Numbered from the stretch's first letter, positions 47,532-61,683 are shown. The stretch is 64,000 nucleotides of DNA from Escherichia coli (GCF_024502345.1 NZ_JALDNN010000001.1); one strand, 5' to 3'. Numbers and translations are program-made. Notes: generated from the sequence alone by a model not told the origin.

Positions 47532-48950
47532 TCACACTTCCTCTATAAATTCAGGTTCAGTTTGCGGGTAGAAATAACGGTACTGATAATGAATCTGTGC
47601 ACGGGCTTCTTCCGGGCTGTTAAATTCCCCTACGCCATACCAACCGAACAGCGCAGCTCCTGCGACGGTCGTTTCGGCATCGTCGAGAACTTTTACCGGA
47701 ATATCAAGCATATTGGCTTTAATCTGATTCCACAATGTGTTGCGACTTCCTCCACCGACTAACAATAATTTAGAGGCTTTAAAGTGCCCGATTTTTTCCA
47801 GCATCTGTAGATTGCGCTGTAATTGCGCAGTTAACCCTTCCAGCGCCGCGCGATAGAAATGCCCCCGCGTGGTATTAAGCGTCACTCCTTGCCAGCCAGC
47901 GTTCTGACACGACAATAAATCACACTGCATTTTCACGCCATCCGCGCCAGGCGCGATCAGACGAGCCTCTTCAATCAACATTTGCCAAGGTGTTTCAGCC
48001 GTCCAGAACAGTTTTCTCACCCATTCCAGCACGCCGGATGCCAGCCATTGCATACCTGGGTTATACAACCCTGCCTGGCTATCCAGTTCGCAGGTGGAAC
48101 CGGCGTACTGACTTAACAGCGAAGTATCAACCTGGGCGCTACGGACCATTAAAATTTCCCATGTACCGGAAGAGAGCACGGGTTCATTTTGGTCGGCACC
48201 AGCGCCAAAAAGGGCGAACTGGGTATCGTGACCTGCGGAAATCACCGGTATGCCAACGGGTAAGCCGAGCATTGCTGCGGCGCTGTTCTGTAGCGTACCA
48301 ATCTGTTCACCCGCTTCCACCAGACGAGGGAAGAGTCGGCGTGGAATACCGGTGGCTTGTAAAATTTGCGGACTGAAATCGCGTTGCTGGATATCCAGCA
48401 TCTGGCTGGTTCCGGCCATCGTGATATCAGTAGTGAATTCGCCGGTTAAACGGTGGTTAATCAGCGACGAAATAAAGAGCCAGGCGTGCGCGCGTTCCAG
48501 CAGTTGTGGATGATTTTCTTTCAACCACACCAACTTATATAACGTATTGAAACTAAAGGCTCCGACGCCAGAAATAGCCTGCAACCGCTGTGCGGAGATC
48601 AACTGTTCAATATTGTCCATAACCGCTGCTGTTCGCGGACATTTCCAGCTAATGATCGGATAGAGCAGATTACCTTGCTTATCTACCAGAGCGCCATCCA
48701 CACCAAAGGTGGTGACGGCGATACCGCGGATGTGGCATTCAGTCAGTTCACTATTGATTTGCCGACAGCAATCAGCAAAGCGTTGCAAAATGGCGTCTAA
48801 AGACCACTGGTGCCAGGTGTTGTTTTCCATCGCGATATCGCTGGCATTAGGCGTTGAGGCGCGGGCAACAATTTTTCCCTGCCGATTAACCGCGATGGCC
48901 CTGACATTGGTCGCGCCACAGTCGAGTACCAGGATAACTTCTTGTTTCAT
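47532..48950 (-). CDS. fucK: L-fuculokinase
   Basis: 472 aa FGGY kinase. Confidence 0.93.
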   Translation of the reverse strand: MKQEVILVLDCGATNVRAIAVNRQGKIVARASTPNASDIAMENNTWHQWSLDAILQRFADCCRQINSELTECHIRGIAVTTFGVDGALVDKQGNLLYPIISWKCPRTAAVMDNIEQLISAQRLQAISGVGAFSFNTLYKLVWLKENHPQLLERAHAWLFISSLINHRLTGEFTTDITMAGTSQMLDIQQRDFSPQILQATGIPRRLFPRLVEAGEQIGTLQNSAAAMLGLPVGIPVISAGHDTQFALFGAGADQNEPVLSSGTWEILMVRSAQVDTSLLSQYAGSTCELDSQAGLYNPGMQWLASGVLEWVRKLFWTAETPWQMLIEEARLIAPGADGVKMQCDLLSCQNAGWQGVTLNTTRGHFYRAALEGLTAQLQRNLQMLEKIGHFKASKLLLVGGGSRNTLWNQIKANMLDIPVKVLDDAETTVAGAALFGWYGVGEFNSPEEARAQIHYQYRYFYPQTEPEFIEEV

Positions 48951-48959
48951 AATCGCTCC

Positions 48960-49055
48960 TGCAATATAGCCGGATAATATTGCTTATCCGGCTAACCACT
49001 CTTGCTTGTTCAGGCCCGGTAGCCGGAGCGACCGGGCATCACATCAGGGAGTAAT
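48960..49055. repeat. REP-like palindromes between fucK and fucI
   Basis: AGCCGGATAA..TTATCCGGCT and GGCCCGGTAGCCGGAGCGACCGGGC inverted repeats. Confidence 0.45.
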
Positions 49056-49058
49056 GTA

Positions 49059-50834
49059 TTAACGCTTGTACAACGGCCCGTAGTTCTGGCAAGCGCGGTA
49101 ATCCTGGCCTTCAATATCCATGCCGTGCGCAGCCCAGGCAGAAGGACGATACACTTTGGTCTCTTCAACGTTGTGCATACATACCGGGATACGCAGCATG
49201 GAGGCGAGAGTGATAAAGTCTGCGCCAACGTGGCCGATGGTCAGAACCCCATGGTTAGCGCCCCAGTTCGCCATTACCGAGTACACATCCGTAAACGGCC
49301 CTTTACCGGTGAGGCGCGGTGCAAACCAGGTGGTTGGCCAGGTTGAGTTGGTGCGTTTGTTGAGGATGTCATGCACATCCTTCGGCAATTCCACGCTCCA
49401 GCCTTCCGCGATTTGCAGTACCGGTCCCAGGCCTTTGATGATGTTGACACGAGTCATGGTGAACGGGACGCCGCCTTCGGTAAGGAAGCGGGAAGAGTAA
49501 CCGCCGCCACGGAAGTATTCGTGGATCGCCGGGCACCATTCGGTAGCGGCGAGGCAAGCGTCAGCCTCTTGCTGAGAGATTTCCCAGTGTGGCTTCATCG
49601 TCGGGTTACCTTCGCTGTCGCGTTGTTTACAGGAACCGTCCAGCGCAGCAGAACCTGAGTTGATCAAATGGATGATGCCGTGTTCTGCCAGTCCATCGAG
49701 TTTATGCCCCGTTACACGCTCAATTGCTTCTGGTGACCAGTAGGTACGCACATCGGCAAATACCTGAGCGGTGCCGGTGAGCTGGTGACCCATTAGCATT
49801 GCCACGCCGTTAAGACTGTCGTTTTCAGTCGCCACGACAAAGGGTTCGCGCACGCCATTCCAGTCAAATGAACTGTTAAGGAGCGCTTCGGCGGTGTCGC
49901 CATTGGGATATTGATCGGTCCAGTGGCGTTGTCCCTGGAAGCCCGCAGCGATGGCGTTGTAGCCAAGTGATTCTTCCACGCGACCAATATCGGCCAGTTT
50001 GCTGTTGCCTTGCATCATGTCGCGGATACACATCGCCATCAGTAAACTTTCGCGCAGAACTGCGCGGCTTTGCTCGGCATTGCGTTGATACTGTTTGTTA
50101 TTTTCATCTTCGCCATAGCGGAAGTTTTTATCAGCCCAGGCCAGCGCCATTTCCAGTTCGGCTTCGTCGTAAATCTTCTGATCGATACGGCGACGCAGTT
50201 CGGTCATATCCACCGCCTGGACTTTCATTCCCAGCCAGGATTCAAAGAAGTTGTGATCAACAATAGAACCGGCGATACCCATCGAAACGCCGCCCAGCGA
50301 CAGATAGCTTTTACCTTTCATGCTGGCGACGGCCAAACCGGCGCGGGCAAAGCGCAGCAGTTTTTCTTCAACATCGGCAGGAATCGATGTGTCATCGGCA
50401 TCCTGAACGTCATGACCGTAAATGGAGAATGCCGGGATGCCTTTCTGGCTGTGAGCTGCCAGAGCCGCTGCCAGGTAAACAGCGCCGGGACGTTCAGTGC
50501 CGTTAAAGCCCCAAATGGCTTTCGGGCGGGTTGGATCCATGTCGATGGTTTCACTGCCATAGCACCAGCAAGGCGTTACCGTAATGGTGAGGCCTACATT
50601 CTGGCTGCTGAATTTTTCTTCGCAAGCAGCGGCTTCAGCCATACCCGCGATACAGGTATCGGAAATGACACACTCGACGGCAGCTCCGCAGGCATGGCGC
50701 AGTTTCTCGGTCAGCAGTGCGGCCGTAGCTTTCGCCATATTCATTGTTTGTTCTTCAAGCGACTCACGAACACCCATGCGACGACCGTCAATAACCGGGC
50801 GGATACCAATTTTCGGTAAGCTGATTTTTTTCAT
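49059..50834 (-). CDS. fucI: L-fucose isomerase
   Basis: 591 aa. Confidence 0.95.
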   Translation of the reverse strand: MKKISLPKIGIRPVIDGRRMGVRESLEEQTMNMAKATAALLTEKLRHACGAAVECVISDTCIAGMAEAAACEEKFSSQNVGLTITVTPCWCYGSETIDMDPTRPKAIWGFNGTERPGAVYLAAALAAHSQKGIPAFSIYGHDVQDADDTSIPADVEEKLLRFARAGLAVASMKGKSYLSLGGVSMGIAGSIVDHNFFESWLGMKVQAVDMTELRRRIDQKIYDEAELEMALAWADKNFRYGEDENNKQYQRNAEQSRAVLRESLLMAMCIRDMMQGNSKLADIGRVEESLGYNAIAAGFQGQRHWTDQYPNGDTAEALLNSSFDWNGVREPFVVATENDSLNGVAMLMGHQLTGTAQVFADVRTYWSPEAIERVTGHKLDGLAEHGIIHLINSGSAALDGSCKQRDSEGNPTMKPHWEISQQEADACLAATEWCPAIHEYFRGGGYSSRFLTEGGVPFTMTRVNIIKGLGPVLQIAEGWSVELPKDVHDILNKRTNSTWPTTWFAPRLTGKGPFTDVYSVMANWGANHGVLTIGHVGADFITLASMLRIPVCMHNVEETKVYRPSAWAAHGMDIEGQDYRACQNYGPLYKR

Positions 50835-50866
50835 TACAGATTCCTCACTTTATTCGGAAAATATGT

Positions 50867-52183
50867 TCAGTTAGTTGCCGTTTGAGAACGGAAACGGGCA
50901 AAGATAAAGATGACCGCGAAGCAGAGTGCGGGGATCAGTTCAGCAGTGGGGATGTTGCCCGCCGCGTCACTGACAAAACCCATGACCGGAGTGACAATAC
51001 CGCCGCCAATGATGGTCATAACGATGAAGGACGAACCGTATTTGGTGTCCTGGCCGAGATTCTTAATGCCCAGCGAGAAGATTGTTGGGTACTGAATCGA
51101 CATAAAGGCGCTGCATAAAGTCAGGGCTATTAAGCCCACATGACCGCCAGCGAAGGCTGAGATCAGGCACAGTGCCATAGCGATTAATGCGTAGGCGGCC
51201 AGGACTTTGTGTGGTGCGAAGCGACTGATGAGCCTGGTACCGGTGAAACGACCAATAAAGAAGCACACCATGGTTCCGGTTAAATAGTTAGCGGCAAAGC
51301 CTGCAGTCATACCTGGAATTTCTTCTACAGCGTAGCGAATCAAATAGCTCCAGCAGGCCGTTTGTGCGCCAACGTAGCAGAATTGCGCTAATACTGCCCA
51401 GCGCCAGTGGCGAATACGCGCCAGGCGAGAAAGCGATGCGGAGAACGATCCTTGTTTGGCGTCACTGTGATTATCACTCTGCAATGCCGGGAATTTCGTC
51501 AGCATGATCAGCAGGGCGACCAGTAACACGATAGCCACGATGATCATATAAGGTGTCTGTACCGATAATACCAGGCTGTGTTTATACGCACTCAATTGCT
51601 CTGGAGACATTTTATCGAGAACGTCTTGCGATTGATGTGGCACGTTAGACAAAATAAGACTTTGCCCAAAGACAACCGCGATAATTGCGCCAAATGAGTT
51701 AAATGTTTGCGCAAGATTTAAGCGGAAGTGACCACTGCTTTCCGGCCCTAATACCGTAACAAAAGGGTTTGCGGCAGTTTCCAGACAACCTAATCCGGCT
51801 GCAATAATAAATAGGCCAACTAAAAATAAGGTGTAGTTCATTATTTCTGCCGCGGGCCAGAATAATGCAGCACCCAAGGCATATAAAAATAACCCGGTAA
51901 TAATCCCTGCTTTATAACTGAGTTTTTTCATCAATATCCCAGCAGGAATTGGGATAATGAAATAACCAAAGTAAAAGGCCGATTGGATCAGGCCAGCCTG
52001 GAAATTTGTCAGCGTAAAAGCCTGCTGGAATTGAGGTAATAAAATGTCGTTAAGGTTATTGGCTACCGCCCAAAGAAAAAACAGTGAGCACAGCAGCGCG
52101 AATGGAATAATGTAACTTCTGCTTTGCCCTGCATCTTTATCTACCGCACGGTAACTCTGCGTTTGTATTGATGTGTTTCCCAT
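50867..52183 (-). CDS. fucP: L-fucose:H+ symporter (MFS)
   Basis: 438 aa. Confidence 0.93.
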   Translation of the reverse strand: MGNTSIQTQSYRAVDKDAGQSRSYIIPFALLCSLFFLWAVANNLNDILLPQFQQAFTLTNFQAGLIQSAFYFGYFIIPIPAGILMKKLSYKAGIITGLFLYALGAALFWPAAEIMNYTLFLVGLFIIAAGLGCLETAANPFVTVLGPESSGHFRLNLAQTFNSFGAIIAVVFGQSLILSNVPHQSQDVLDKMSPEQLSAYKHSLVLSVQTPYMIIVAIVLLVALLIMLTKFPALQSDNHSDAKQGSFSASLSRLARIRHWRWAVLAQFCYVGAQTACWSYLIRYAVEEIPGMTAGFAANYLTGTMVCFFIGRFTGTRLISRFAPHKVLAAYALIAMALCLISAFAGGHVGLIALTLCSAFMSIQYPTIFSLGIKNLGQDTKYGSSFIVMTIIGGGIVTPVMGFVSDAAGNIPTAELIPALCFAVIFIFARFRSQTATN

Positions 52184-52729
52184 AGCATCCTCTTAGGTTC
52201 AGAAGCTTAAGCACGTAATCGGTTATGTTTTCAAAAGTGCAAAACCAGCGAGTTCGGGCTTCATATCAGTGAATATTTGCCTGTCTGAAATGAACTCATG
52301 GATTCATTTTCAAATAAAAAACGCTCTGTAATATGACGGCGGTCACACTTATTAGCTGGAAGGTGACTTTATGTGACTACCATCACTTTAATAATCGAAA
52401 TTTCATGCCCGTTTCAGAAAATAAATCATAAAAAACACAAACCAGATGACCGTATTAATTGTTTATGCCGAAAACGGGCATTCCTGGCTTAGGTGAATAG
52501 AAAAATGACCGTTTTGATAAATATTTTTAAGAGCGGTCATTTTTAATGGGGTTATAAAAAGAGAACTTGCAGTTATTTGCTGTGATTAGTTGAGCCAGGT
52601 CACAAAATATAAGCTTGTGAATTTCTTTCTTGTTAATCAGGAAGAAGATGGTGGGTAATTAAACGGCTAATTCAATAGTGTGAAAGGAACAACATTATTG
52701 CCCTGTTTTGAATCAGAGAGAGGTAGCTA
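52184..52729. promoter_or_regulatory. Divergent fucPIKUR / fucAO control region
   Basis: 546-bp AT-rich intergenic region between divergent operons; individual FucR/CRP sites not resolved. Confidence 0.5.
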
Positions 52730-53377
52730 ATGGAACGAAATAAACTTGCTCGTCAGATTATTGACACTTGCCTGGAAATGACCCGCCTGGGACTGAACCA
52801 GGGGACAGCGGGGAACGTCAGTGTACGTTATCAGGATGGGATGCTGATTACGCCTACAGGCATTCCATATGAAAAACTGACGGAGTCGCATATTGTCTTT
52901 ATTGATGGCAACGGTAAACATGAGGAAGGAAAGCTCCCCTCAAGCGAATGGCGTTTCCATATGGCGGCCTATCAAAGCAGACCGGATGCCAACGCGGTTG
53001 TTCACAATCATGCCGTTCATTGCACAGCAGTTTCCATTCTTAACCGACCGATCCCCGCTATTCACTACATGATTGCGGCGGCAGGTGGTAATTCTATTCC
53101 TTGCGCGCCTTATGCGACCTTTGGAACACGCGAACTTTCTGAACATGTTGCGCTGGCTCTCAAAAATCGTAAGGCAACTTTGTTACAACATCATGGGCTT
53201 ATCGCTTGTGAGGTGAATCTGGAAAAAGCGTTATGGTTGGCGCATGAAGTTGAAGTGCTGGCGCAACTTTACCTGACGACCCTGGCGATTACGGACCCGG
53301 TGCCAGTGCTGAGCGATGAAGAGATTGCCGTAGTGCTGGAGAAATTCAAAACCTATGGGTTACGGATTGAAGAGTAA
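52730..53377 (+). CDS. fucA: L-fuculose-1-phosphate aldolase
   Basis: 215 aa class II aldolase. Confidence 0.93.
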   Translation: MERNKLARQIIDTCLEMTRLGLNQGTAGNVSVRYQDGMLITPTGIPYEKLTESHIVFIDGNGKHEEGKLPSSEWRFHMAAYQSRPDANAVVHNHAVHCTAVSILNRPIPAIHYMIAAAGGNSIPCAPYATFGTRELSEHVALALKNRKATLLQHHGLIACEVNLEKALWLAHEVEVLAQLYLTTLAITDPVPVLSDEEIAVVLEKFKTYGLRIEE

Positions 53378-53404
53378 TTTCGTAAAGCAACAAGGAGAAG
53401 GATG

Positions 53405-54553
53405 ATGGCTAACAGAATGATTCTGAACGAAACGGCATGGTTTGGTCGGGGTGCTGTTGGGGCTTTAACCGATGAGGTGAAACGCCGTGGTTATCAGAAG
53501 GCGCTGATCGTCACCGATAAAACGCTGGTGCAATGCGGCGTGGTGGCGAAAGTGACCGATAAGATGGATGCTGCAGGGCTGGTATGGGCGATTTACGACG
53601 GCGTAGTGCCCAACCCAACAATTACTGTCGTCAAAGAAGGGCTCGGTGTATTCCAGAATAGCGGCGCGGATTACCTGATCGCTATTGGTGGTGGTTCTCC
53701 ACAGGATACTTGTAAAGCGATTGGCATAATCAGCAACAACCCGGAGTTTGCCGATGTGCGTAGCCTGGAAGGGCTTTCCCCGACCAATAAACCCAGTGTA
53801 CCGATTCTGGCAATTCCTACCACAGCAGGTACTGCGGCAGAAGTGACCATTAACTACGTGATCACTGACGAAGAGAAACGGCGCAAGTTTGTTTGCGTTG
53901 ATCCGCATGATATCCCGCAGGTGGCGTTTATTGACGCTGACATGATGGATGGTATGCCTCCAGCGCTGAAAGCTGCGACGGGTGTCGATGCGCTCACTCA
54001 TGCTATTGAGGGGTATATTACCCGTGGCGCGTGGGCGCTAACCGATGCACTGCACATTAAAGCGATTGAAATCATTGCTGGGGCGCTGCGAGGATCGGTT
54101 GCTGGTGATAAGGATGCCGGAGAAGAAATGGCGCTCGGGCAGTATGTTGCGGGTATGGGCTTCTCGAATGTTGGGTTAGGGTTGGTGCATGGTATGGCGC
54201 ATCCACTGGGCGCGTTTTACAACACTCCACACGGTGTTGCGAACGCCATCCTGTTACCGCATGTCATGCGCTATAACGCTGACTTTACCGGTGAGAAGTA
54301 CCGCGATATCGCGCGCGTTATGGGCGTGAAAGTGGAAGGTATGAGCCTGGAAGAGGCGCGTAATGCCGCTGTTGAAGCGGTGTTTGCTCTCAACCGTGAT
54401 GTCGGTATTCCGCCACATTTGCGTGATGTTGGTGTACGCAAGGAAGACATTCCGGCACTGGCGCAGGCGGCACTGGATGATGTTTGTACCGGTGGCAACC
54501 CGCGTGAAGCAACGCTTGAGGATATTGTAGAGCTTTATCATACCGCCTGGTAA
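53405..54553 (+). CDS. fucO: L-1,2-propanediol oxidoreductase (lactaldehyde reductase)
   Basis: 382 aa from MANRMILNE; iron-containing alcohol dehydrogenase family. Confidence 0.93.
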   Translation: MANRMILNETAWFGRGAVGALTDEVKRRGYQKALIVTDKTLVQCGVVAKVTDKMDAAGLVWAIYDGVVPNPTITVVKEGLGVFQNSGADYLIAIGGGSPQDTCKAIGIISNNPEFADVRSLEGLSPTNKPSVPILAIPTTAGTAAEVTINYVITDEEKRRKFVCVDPHDIPQVAFIDADMMDGMPPALKAATGVDALTHAIEGYITRGAWALTDALHIKAIEIIAGALRGSVAGDKDAGEEMALGQYVAGMGFSNVGLGLVHGMAHPLGAFYNTPHGVANAILLPHVMRYNADFTGEKYRDIARVMGVKVEGMSLEEARNAAVEAVFALNRDVGIPPHLRDVGVRKEDIPALAQAALDDVCTGGNPREATLEDIVELYHTAW

Positions 54554-54571
54554 ATGCGCTGATGTGATAAT

Positions 54572-54601
54572 GCCGGATACGACGTTTGCGGCGTATCCGG
54601 C
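54572..54601. repeat. REP element between convergent fucO and xni
   Basis: GCCGGATACGACGTTTGCGGCGTATCCGGC palindrome. Confidence 0.7.
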
Positions 54602-54607
54602 TCGCCG

Positions 54608-55474
<867 letters not shown>

Positions 55475-56842
55475 TTAATCGCAGGCAACGATCTTCATTG
55501 CCAGGCCGCCGCGAGAGGTTTCGCGGTACTTGGCGTTCATATCTTTACCTGTTTCGTACATGGTTTCGATAACTTTATCGAGGCAGACGCGCGGCTCGCT
55601 GGTACGGCGCAGCGCCATACGTGCGGCGTTCACCGCTTTTACTGCCGCAATGGCGTTACGCTCGATGCATGGCACCTGTACCTGTCCGGCGACCGGGTCA
55701 CACGTCAGACCGAGGTTGTGCTCCATGGCGATTTCCGCCGCGATGCACACCTGCGCCGGGCTTGCACCTAACAGTTCTGCCAGACCAGCCGCCGCCATTG
55801 AGCACGCCACACCAACTTCACCCTGGCAACCCACTTCGGCACCAGAAATCGACGCGTTCATCTTATAAAGAGAACCAATGGCGCTGGCTACCAGCAGGTA
55901 ACGAGCCAGTGAGTTAGCGTTCACTTCGCGGATAAACTTATCGTAGTACGCCAGCACTGCCGGGATAATCCCGCACGCACCGTTAGTCGGCGCAGTCACC
56001 ACGCGACCGCCAGCAGCGTTCTCTTCGTTCACTGCCAGTGCAAACATGTTGATCCAGTCAACAACCGCCATCGGGTCAGTGGTGGTTTTATCCTGGCTGA
56101 CCAGCATCCGGCGTAGTGCCGCAGCACGGCGTGGAACACGCAGTTTGCCAGGTAACACACCTTCGGTGGAAATACCGCGCTCAATACCGCCACGCATCAC
56201 TTCCCAGACGTTCGCCAGGTGCTGTTCCAGCTCTTCTTTGCTGTGCAGCGCCAGCTCGTTTTTCATCATCAGGCCAGAGAGTGACAGCCCGGTTTCCTGA
56301 CAATGTTTTTGCAGATCGGCTGCTGAACTGTACGGATAAGGAACTTCAACCGGTGCGCTATCCTGCTGGCCAAAATGCTCTTCATCAACGATAAAGCCAC
56401 CGCCAATAGAGTAGTAAGTCTGACTGTAAACGACTTTATCACCCGCCAGCGCGGTAATGCGCATACCGTTTTCATGCAGAGAAAGGTTGTCGGCATGGAA
56501 GTTCATGCACTGATCAACCGGGAACTCCACTTCATGCTGACCGTTTGCCAGCATCAGGCGACCATGAGTATTCACATCCTGAATAAAACCGGGGATGGAA
56601 TCGATATCCACGGTATCCGGCAGGTTACCCGCCAGGCCCATAATAATGGCGATATCAGTGTGGTGGCCTTTACCAGTCAGAGAGAGCGAGCCGTACACGT
56701 CAACCACCACGCGGGTCACGTCTTTAAGCAGGTTACGGGCAATCAGATCGTCGGTAAATTGTTTACCCGCTTTCATTGGTCCAACGGTATGAGAACTGGA
56801 AGGGCCAATGCCGATTTTGAAAATATCGAATACGCTAATCAT
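55475..56842 (-). CDS. sdaB: L-serine dehydratase 2
   Basis: 455 aa. Confidence 0.93.
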   Translation of the reverse strand: MISVFDIFKIGIGPSSSHTVGPMKAGKQFTDDLIARNLLKDVTRVVVDVYGSLSLTGKGHHTDIAIIMGLAGNLPDTVDIDSIPGFIQDVNTHGRLMLANGQHEVEFPVDQCMNFHADNLSLHENGMRITALAGDKVVYSQTYYSIGGGFIVDEEHFGQQDSAPVEVPYPYSSAADLQKHCQETGLSLSGLMMKNELALHSKEELEQHLANVWEVMRGGIERGISTEGVLPGKLRVPRRAAALRRMLVSQDKTTTDPMAVVDWINMFALAVNEENAAGGRVVTAPTNGACGIIPAVLAYYDKFIREVNANSLARYLLVASAIGSLYKMNASISGAEVGCQGEVGVACSMAAAGLAELLGASPAQVCIAAEIAMEHNLGLTCDPVAGQVQVPCIERNAIAAVKAVNAARMALRRTSEPRVCLDKVIETMYETGKDMNAKYRETSRGGLAMKIVACD

Positions 56843-56899
56843 AGGAAATACATCGCGTTAAAACGGAGGAAGCGCCGCCCGAAAGCGGCGCGAAAGGAC

Positions 56900-58189
56900 T
56901 TAGCTGAACAGAGAGTAGAAGATTGCAGAGATTGCAATCAGACCCATCACGACAACGAATACGTTGCTGATGTGACCGCTGTACTTACGCATTGCCGGTA
57001 CTTTCTGAATTGCGTACATCGGCATCAGGAACAGGATCATCGCGATGATTGGGCCGCCCAGGGTTTCAATCATACCCAGGATGCTCGGGTTCAGGGTGGC
57101 AACAATCCAGGTCGTTACCAGCATGAACAGCGCAGTGATACGGTTCAGCTTGTTGATTTCAATAGACTTACCTTTACCACGCAGAGATTTAATCACCATA
57201 CCGTTGAAGCCTTCACGTGCGCCCAGGTAGTGGCCGAGGAAGGATTTGGTGATAGCGATAATCGCGATAATCGGAGCCATCCACGCGATGATCGGCGCGT
57301 TAAAGTGGTTAGCCAGGTAAGACAGAATCGAGATGTTCTGCTCTTTAGCCGCAGCCAGGTCTGCCGGAGTCAGGCTCAGTACGCAGCTGAATACGAAGAA
57401 CATTACGGTCAGCACCATCATGATGTGTGCGAATGCCAGGATCTTCGAGCATTTCTGTTCTGCCATATCGCCGTACTCTTCACGCTTCGCAACGGCGAAA
57501 GAAGAGATGATCGGAGAGTGGTTGAACGAGAACACCATTACCGGAATTGCCAGCCACAGGGTCATCCACAGACCGTTTCCGGTTGCAGATGCAGTGTCCA
57601 GAGACAGCGTTTCCAGTGCTGCGCCGTTCCACTGCGGGATCAGGTACAGAGCCAGCAGCATCAGTACGCCAACAAACGGGAATACCAGAATACTCATCGC
57701 TTTAACGATCATCTGTTCACCAAAGCGAACGATGGTCATCATACCCACGATCAGGATCAGCGACAGAATCGCACGCGGCGGTGGCGTCATACCCAGCTGG
57801 TGAGACATGAAGCTTTCAACTGTATTGGTGATTGCCACGCTATAAACCAGCAGGATCGGGTAGATAGCGAAGAAGTAGAGCAGGGTAATCAGTTTACCTG
57901 CGCCAATACCAAAGTGTTCTTCTACAACCTCGGTGATGTCTTCGCCCGGGTTTTTACCAGACAGTACGAAGCGAGTCAGGCCGCGGTGAGCAAAAAACGT
58001 CATCGGGAACGCAAGGATAGCCATGATGATCAGCGGGATCATACCGCCAACACCGGCGTTGATTGGCAGGAACAGCACGCCCGCGCCGATTGCCGTGCCG
58101 TAAAGGCCCAGCATCCACATGGTGTCTGTCTTGCGCCAGGCACTACGAGAGTCTTTCGACGCAATCGTGCTGGTTTGAGTCGTTTCCAT
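56900..58189 (-). CDS. sdaC: Serine:H+ symporter (HAAAP family)
   Basis: 429 aa. Confidence 0.93.
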   Translation of the reverse strand: METTQTSTIASKDSRSAWRKTDTMWMLGLYGTAIGAGVLFLPINAGVGGMIPLIIMAILAFPMTFFAHRGLTRFVLSGKNPGEDITEVVEEHFGIGAGKLITLLYFFAIYPILLVYSVAITNTVESFMSHQLGMTPPPRAILSLILIVGMMTIVRFGEQMIVKAMSILVFPFVGVLMLLALYLIPQWNGAALETLSLDTASATGNGLWMTLWLAIPVMVFSFNHSPIISSFAVAKREEYGDMAEQKCSKILAFAHIMMVLTVMFFVFSCVLSLTPADLAAAKEQNISILSYLANHFNAPIIAWMAPIIAIIAITKSFLGHYLGAREGFNGMVIKSLRGKGKSIEINKLNRITALFMLVTTWIVATLNPSILGMIETLGGPIIAMILFLMPMYAIQKVPAMRKYSGHISNVFVVVMGLIAISAIFYSLFS

Positions 58190-58745
58190 CTATTTCTCCT
58201 GGAGGAATGCAAATAATTCAGCTTTTAGCCAGTTCAGCCCGGGAAGGTGCCTGACCGTAAAAATGAAATCTGTCTATCGGCGATGGCTTAATCATTTACC
58301 GCCGTAATAATTTGAGGGCGGAAAGATACACACAAGTTATGTATCTATCAGTGATCTTGATCCCAAATACAATAATCTACTTGGAAGATAGATTATCCCA
58401 ACGCTTTACTCTGTAAATCAAAAGTAAAAGAGAATTTAAGGGCAATATTTGCCCATTAAACGACATCTGACTTCTTCCTGGGCGCGCAATATATGTAGGT
58501 TGAACTGAAAAAATCAATACTTTTAGTTAATCATGGCGATAATTTCTTTTTCATAGCGATAAAATACGGTTTATGAAAATAGGGAAACGTTTCCGTTGCA
58601 ACATAAATTGTATGACATATTAACTGTGATGATGTTTATCATCTGAGGATGGTGAGAAACATTCATATAACAAATGAAAAAAAATGATGAGTAAGTGACC
58701 AAAAACGAGAAAACCCGGCAACAAACGTCACCGGGGGAGGGGAGA

Positions 58746-60110
58746 TTACGTGCAGATTTCGTAGCAAGGGATGTAGGCTGAGCCTGGCAACTTCATACGA
58801 TGCTGGGCAACAAAACCCTGTAGCAGGTCGTCCATACGACGCATAATCTCTTTATCGCCGTTGATTTTGTAAGGACCAAACTCTTCAATGGCGCGAATAC
58901 CGACTTCTTTTACGTTACCCGCCACAATACCGGAGAACGCACGGCGCAGGTCGGCAGCCAGCACTTCAACAGGTTGATCCGGGTAAAGCTTCAGATTAGC
59001 CATATTCTCGTGAGACGGCTCAAACGGCATTTGCAAATCTGGTGCAATGCGCATTGACCAGTTAAAGCTGTAAGCGTCACCGGTGTCGCGGCGATTTTCT
59101 TTCACCAGCGGCATCGATTTTTTCATCTGACGAGCGACTTCAGCGGCGTCATCAATGATGATGCGGTAATGGCGGCGCGCGTTTTCACCCAGCGTATGCA
59201 CGACAAACTCGTCCAGTACGCGGAAGTAGTCGGCGCTCTCTTTCGGGCCGGTGAGGATCAATGGTAAAACCTGATCTTTGTTGGCCGGGTTCATTAAAAT
59301 TCCCAGCAAATACAGCAACTCTTCTGCCGTACCCACACCGCCAGGGAAGATAATGATACCGTGAGCGATACGGACAAACGCTTCCAGACGTTTTTCGATA
59401 TCTGGCATGATGATCAATTCGTTGACCAGCGGGTTAGGCGGTTCAGCGGCGATAATCGACGGCTCTGTCATACCAATAAAACGACTGTCTTTGTAACGCT
59501 GCTGCGCGTGTCCGACCGCAGCACCTTTCATCGGCGCTTCCATCGCTCCCGGACCACAGCCGGTGCAGATATTCAGCTCACGCAGGCCCAGCTGGTTTCC
59601 GACGCGACGGGCATACAAATACTCATTTTCGTTAATTGAGTGACCGCCCCAGCAGACCACCATATTTGGCGCTTCACCCACATGCAGCGCGCGAGCGTTA
59701 CGCAAGATGGAAAAGACCAGGTTAGTGATGTGTACGGAGTTGTCGAGATTCAGGTTGGGAAAACGAACGATGTTATGGATTTGCCCGTAAACGAAGAGAA
59801 TGTCTCGCAGAACCGCGAACAAGTTGGCCTGCAAAGCGCGAATAATTCGCCCATCGACAAAAGCCTCTTCCGGGGGATTAATCAGTTCCAGCTTTACGCC
59901 GCGTTCACGGCGCAGGACGTTAATATCGAAATTTTCAAAACGAGACAGCAATTCTTTGCTGTTATCGGTCAAACTACCGGAGTTCAGTACGGCAAGTGAA
60001 CAGTTGCGAAACAGTTGATAGAGGTCGCTGCTGGCGGTGCGTTTAAGCATATCCACTTCCAGCTGCGACAACATATCCATGGAGCCAAGCGGGCTAATAT
60101 GTGTAATCAA
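58746..60110 (-). CDS. ppnN: Pyrimidine/purine nucleotide 5'-monophosphate nucleosidase (LOG family)
   Basis: 454 aa. Confidence 0.9.
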   Translation of the reverse strand: MITHISPLGSMDMLSQLEVDMLKRTASSDLYQLFRNCSLAVLNSGSLTDNSKELLSRFENFDINVLRRERGVKLELINPPEEAFVDGRIIRALQANLFAVLRDILFVYGQIHNIVRFPNLNLDNSVHITNLVFSILRNARALHVGEAPNMVVCWGGHSINENEYLYARRVGNQLGLRELNICTGCGPGAMEAPMKGAAVGHAQQRYKDSRFIGMTEPSIIAAEPPNPLVNELIIMPDIEKRLEAFVRIAHGIIIFPGGVGTAEELLYLLGILMNPANKDQVLPLILTGPKESADYFRVLDEFVVHTLGENARRHYRIIIDDAAEVARQMKKSMPLVKENRRDTGDAYSFNWSMRIAPDLQMPFEPSHENMANLKLYPDQPVEVLAADLRRAFSGIVAGNVKEVGIRAIEEFGPYKINGDKEIMRRMDDLLQGFVAQHRMKLPGSAYIPCYEICT

Positions 60111-60221
60111 GAAAAACTCCTTATGGGACGAATATCGTCATTCCCTTTGATTACAATAGCCCTGCCTGATGACCTTTCACAACCTTCTGCGTGAATCCAG
60201 CACGCAAAATTGAGAAAAAAT

Positions 60222-61070
60222 TTATTGCCGAACCAGTCTTGTGGTCGATGGGACAAAATCGCTATTACTGCGCCACGGGTTAATGTCCAGACCGCCACGA
60301 CGGGTATAACGTGCGTAAACGCTCAATTTTTCTGGCTGGCAGAAGCGTAACAGGTCATTAAAGATGCGTTCCACGCACTGTTCGTGGAACTCGTTGTGAT
60401 GACGGAATGAGACCAGGTAACGCAGCAGTTTTTCTCTGTCAATTTGGCGTCCACGATACTGAATTTGGATCGAACCCCAATCTGGTTGATGGGTGATCAG
60501 GCAGTTTGATTTCAGCAGGTGGCTGACAAGCGTCTCTTCCACTACTTTTTCACCACAGGTGGCATTCTCCAGATAGTCAGTAGTGAATTCATAGTTATCG
60601 ATAGTGATATCCTGGTCATCAATGCAAGTGCCATTAAAATGACCTATCGGCTGGCCTTCCAGTTCATCAAGACGATATAACGCCACGCTAACCTTACCCT
60701 GGGCGCAAGTGCTTAAGTCGCGCTCCAGCGTCTGGCGCACCTCATCCCAGTTATTAAAACGCGTCTGGTTAAAACTGTTGAGATAGAGCTTAAAACTCTT
60801 CGACTCAATCAGATTTGCGCTGGTGTAATCAAGTTCAACGTGACCGACGGCAACCTGCGGCAAACCTTTCGCATTCAGCCAGGAAAGTTCATACAGCGTC
60901 CAGATATCCGTACCGTGAAAAGGCAGGTTATCCGCTTTCAGACCCAGCGGGTCGCGATTCAGGCTGCGTGGAACGCCTTGCAGTAGGCTGGCGTCATAGG
61001 TATCCCGGTAATCGGTTGATTTTCCAAGAGTCAGGCCCGCAAGTGCCTGATGGTTTGCATAAGAAGACAT
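60222..61070 (-). CDS. queF: NADPH-dependent 7-cyano-7-deazaguanine reductase
   Basis: 282 aa. Confidence 0.93.
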   Translation of the reverse strand: MSSYANHQALAGLTLGKSTDYRDTYDASLLQGVPRSLNRDPLGLKADNLPFHGTDIWTLYELSWLNAKGLPQVAVGHVELDYTSANLIESKSFKLYLNSFNQTRFNNWDEVRQTLERDLSTCAQGKVSVALYRLDELEGQPIGHFNGTCIDDQDITIDNYEFTTDYLENATCGEKVVEETLVSHLLKSNCLITHQPDWGSIQIQYRGRQIDREKLLRYLVSFRHHNEFHEQCVERIFNDLLRFCQPEKLSVYARYTRRGGLDINPWRSNSDFVPSTTRLVRQ

Positions 61071-61137
61071 GTTTCACCGTCATAAACCAGATAAACTAAA
61101 CGACAAGTGTATCTGGTTTAAGTGAAGAGAGAAATTA

Positions 61138-61683
61138 GTGGACGATTTGACCGCACAAGCCCTGAAAGATTTTACTGCACGCTACTGCGATGCGTGGCAT
61201 GAAGAGCATAAAAGCTGGCCGTTAAGTGAGGAACTGTACGGTGTTCCTTCACCGTGCATTATTTCAACTACCGAAGATGCCGTATACTGGCAACCCCAGC
61301 CGTTTACCGGGGAACAAAATGTAAACGCGGTTGAACGCGCTTTTGATATTGTGATACAACCCACAATTCATACCTTTTATACGACTCAGTTTGCCGGGGA
61401 TATGCACGCGCAGTTTGGCGATATCAAACTGACATTGCTGCAAACCTGGAGTGAAGACGACTTCCGTCGGGTGCAGGAAAATCTGATTGGTCATCTGGTG
61501 ACTCAGAAAAGGCTAAAACTGCCGCCCACGCTATTTATCGCGACGCTGGAAGAAGAGTTAGAGGTCATCTCGGTGTGTAATCTCTCCGGTGAAGTGTGCA
61601 AAGAGACGCTGGGAACACGTAAACGGACGCATTTAGCCTCAAATCTTGCGGAATTCCTTAATCAACTTAAGCCTCTTCTGTAA
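61138..61683 (+). CDS. syd: SecY-interacting protein
   Basis: 181 aa. Confidence 0.9.

Noticed and set aside
56375-58216. 613-aa plus-strand ORF spanning the sdaB 5' end and all of sdaC
   Set aside because: Antisense shadow of two bona fide conserved genes; low-complexity His/Arg/Asp/Gln-rich translation; no RBS or independent support.
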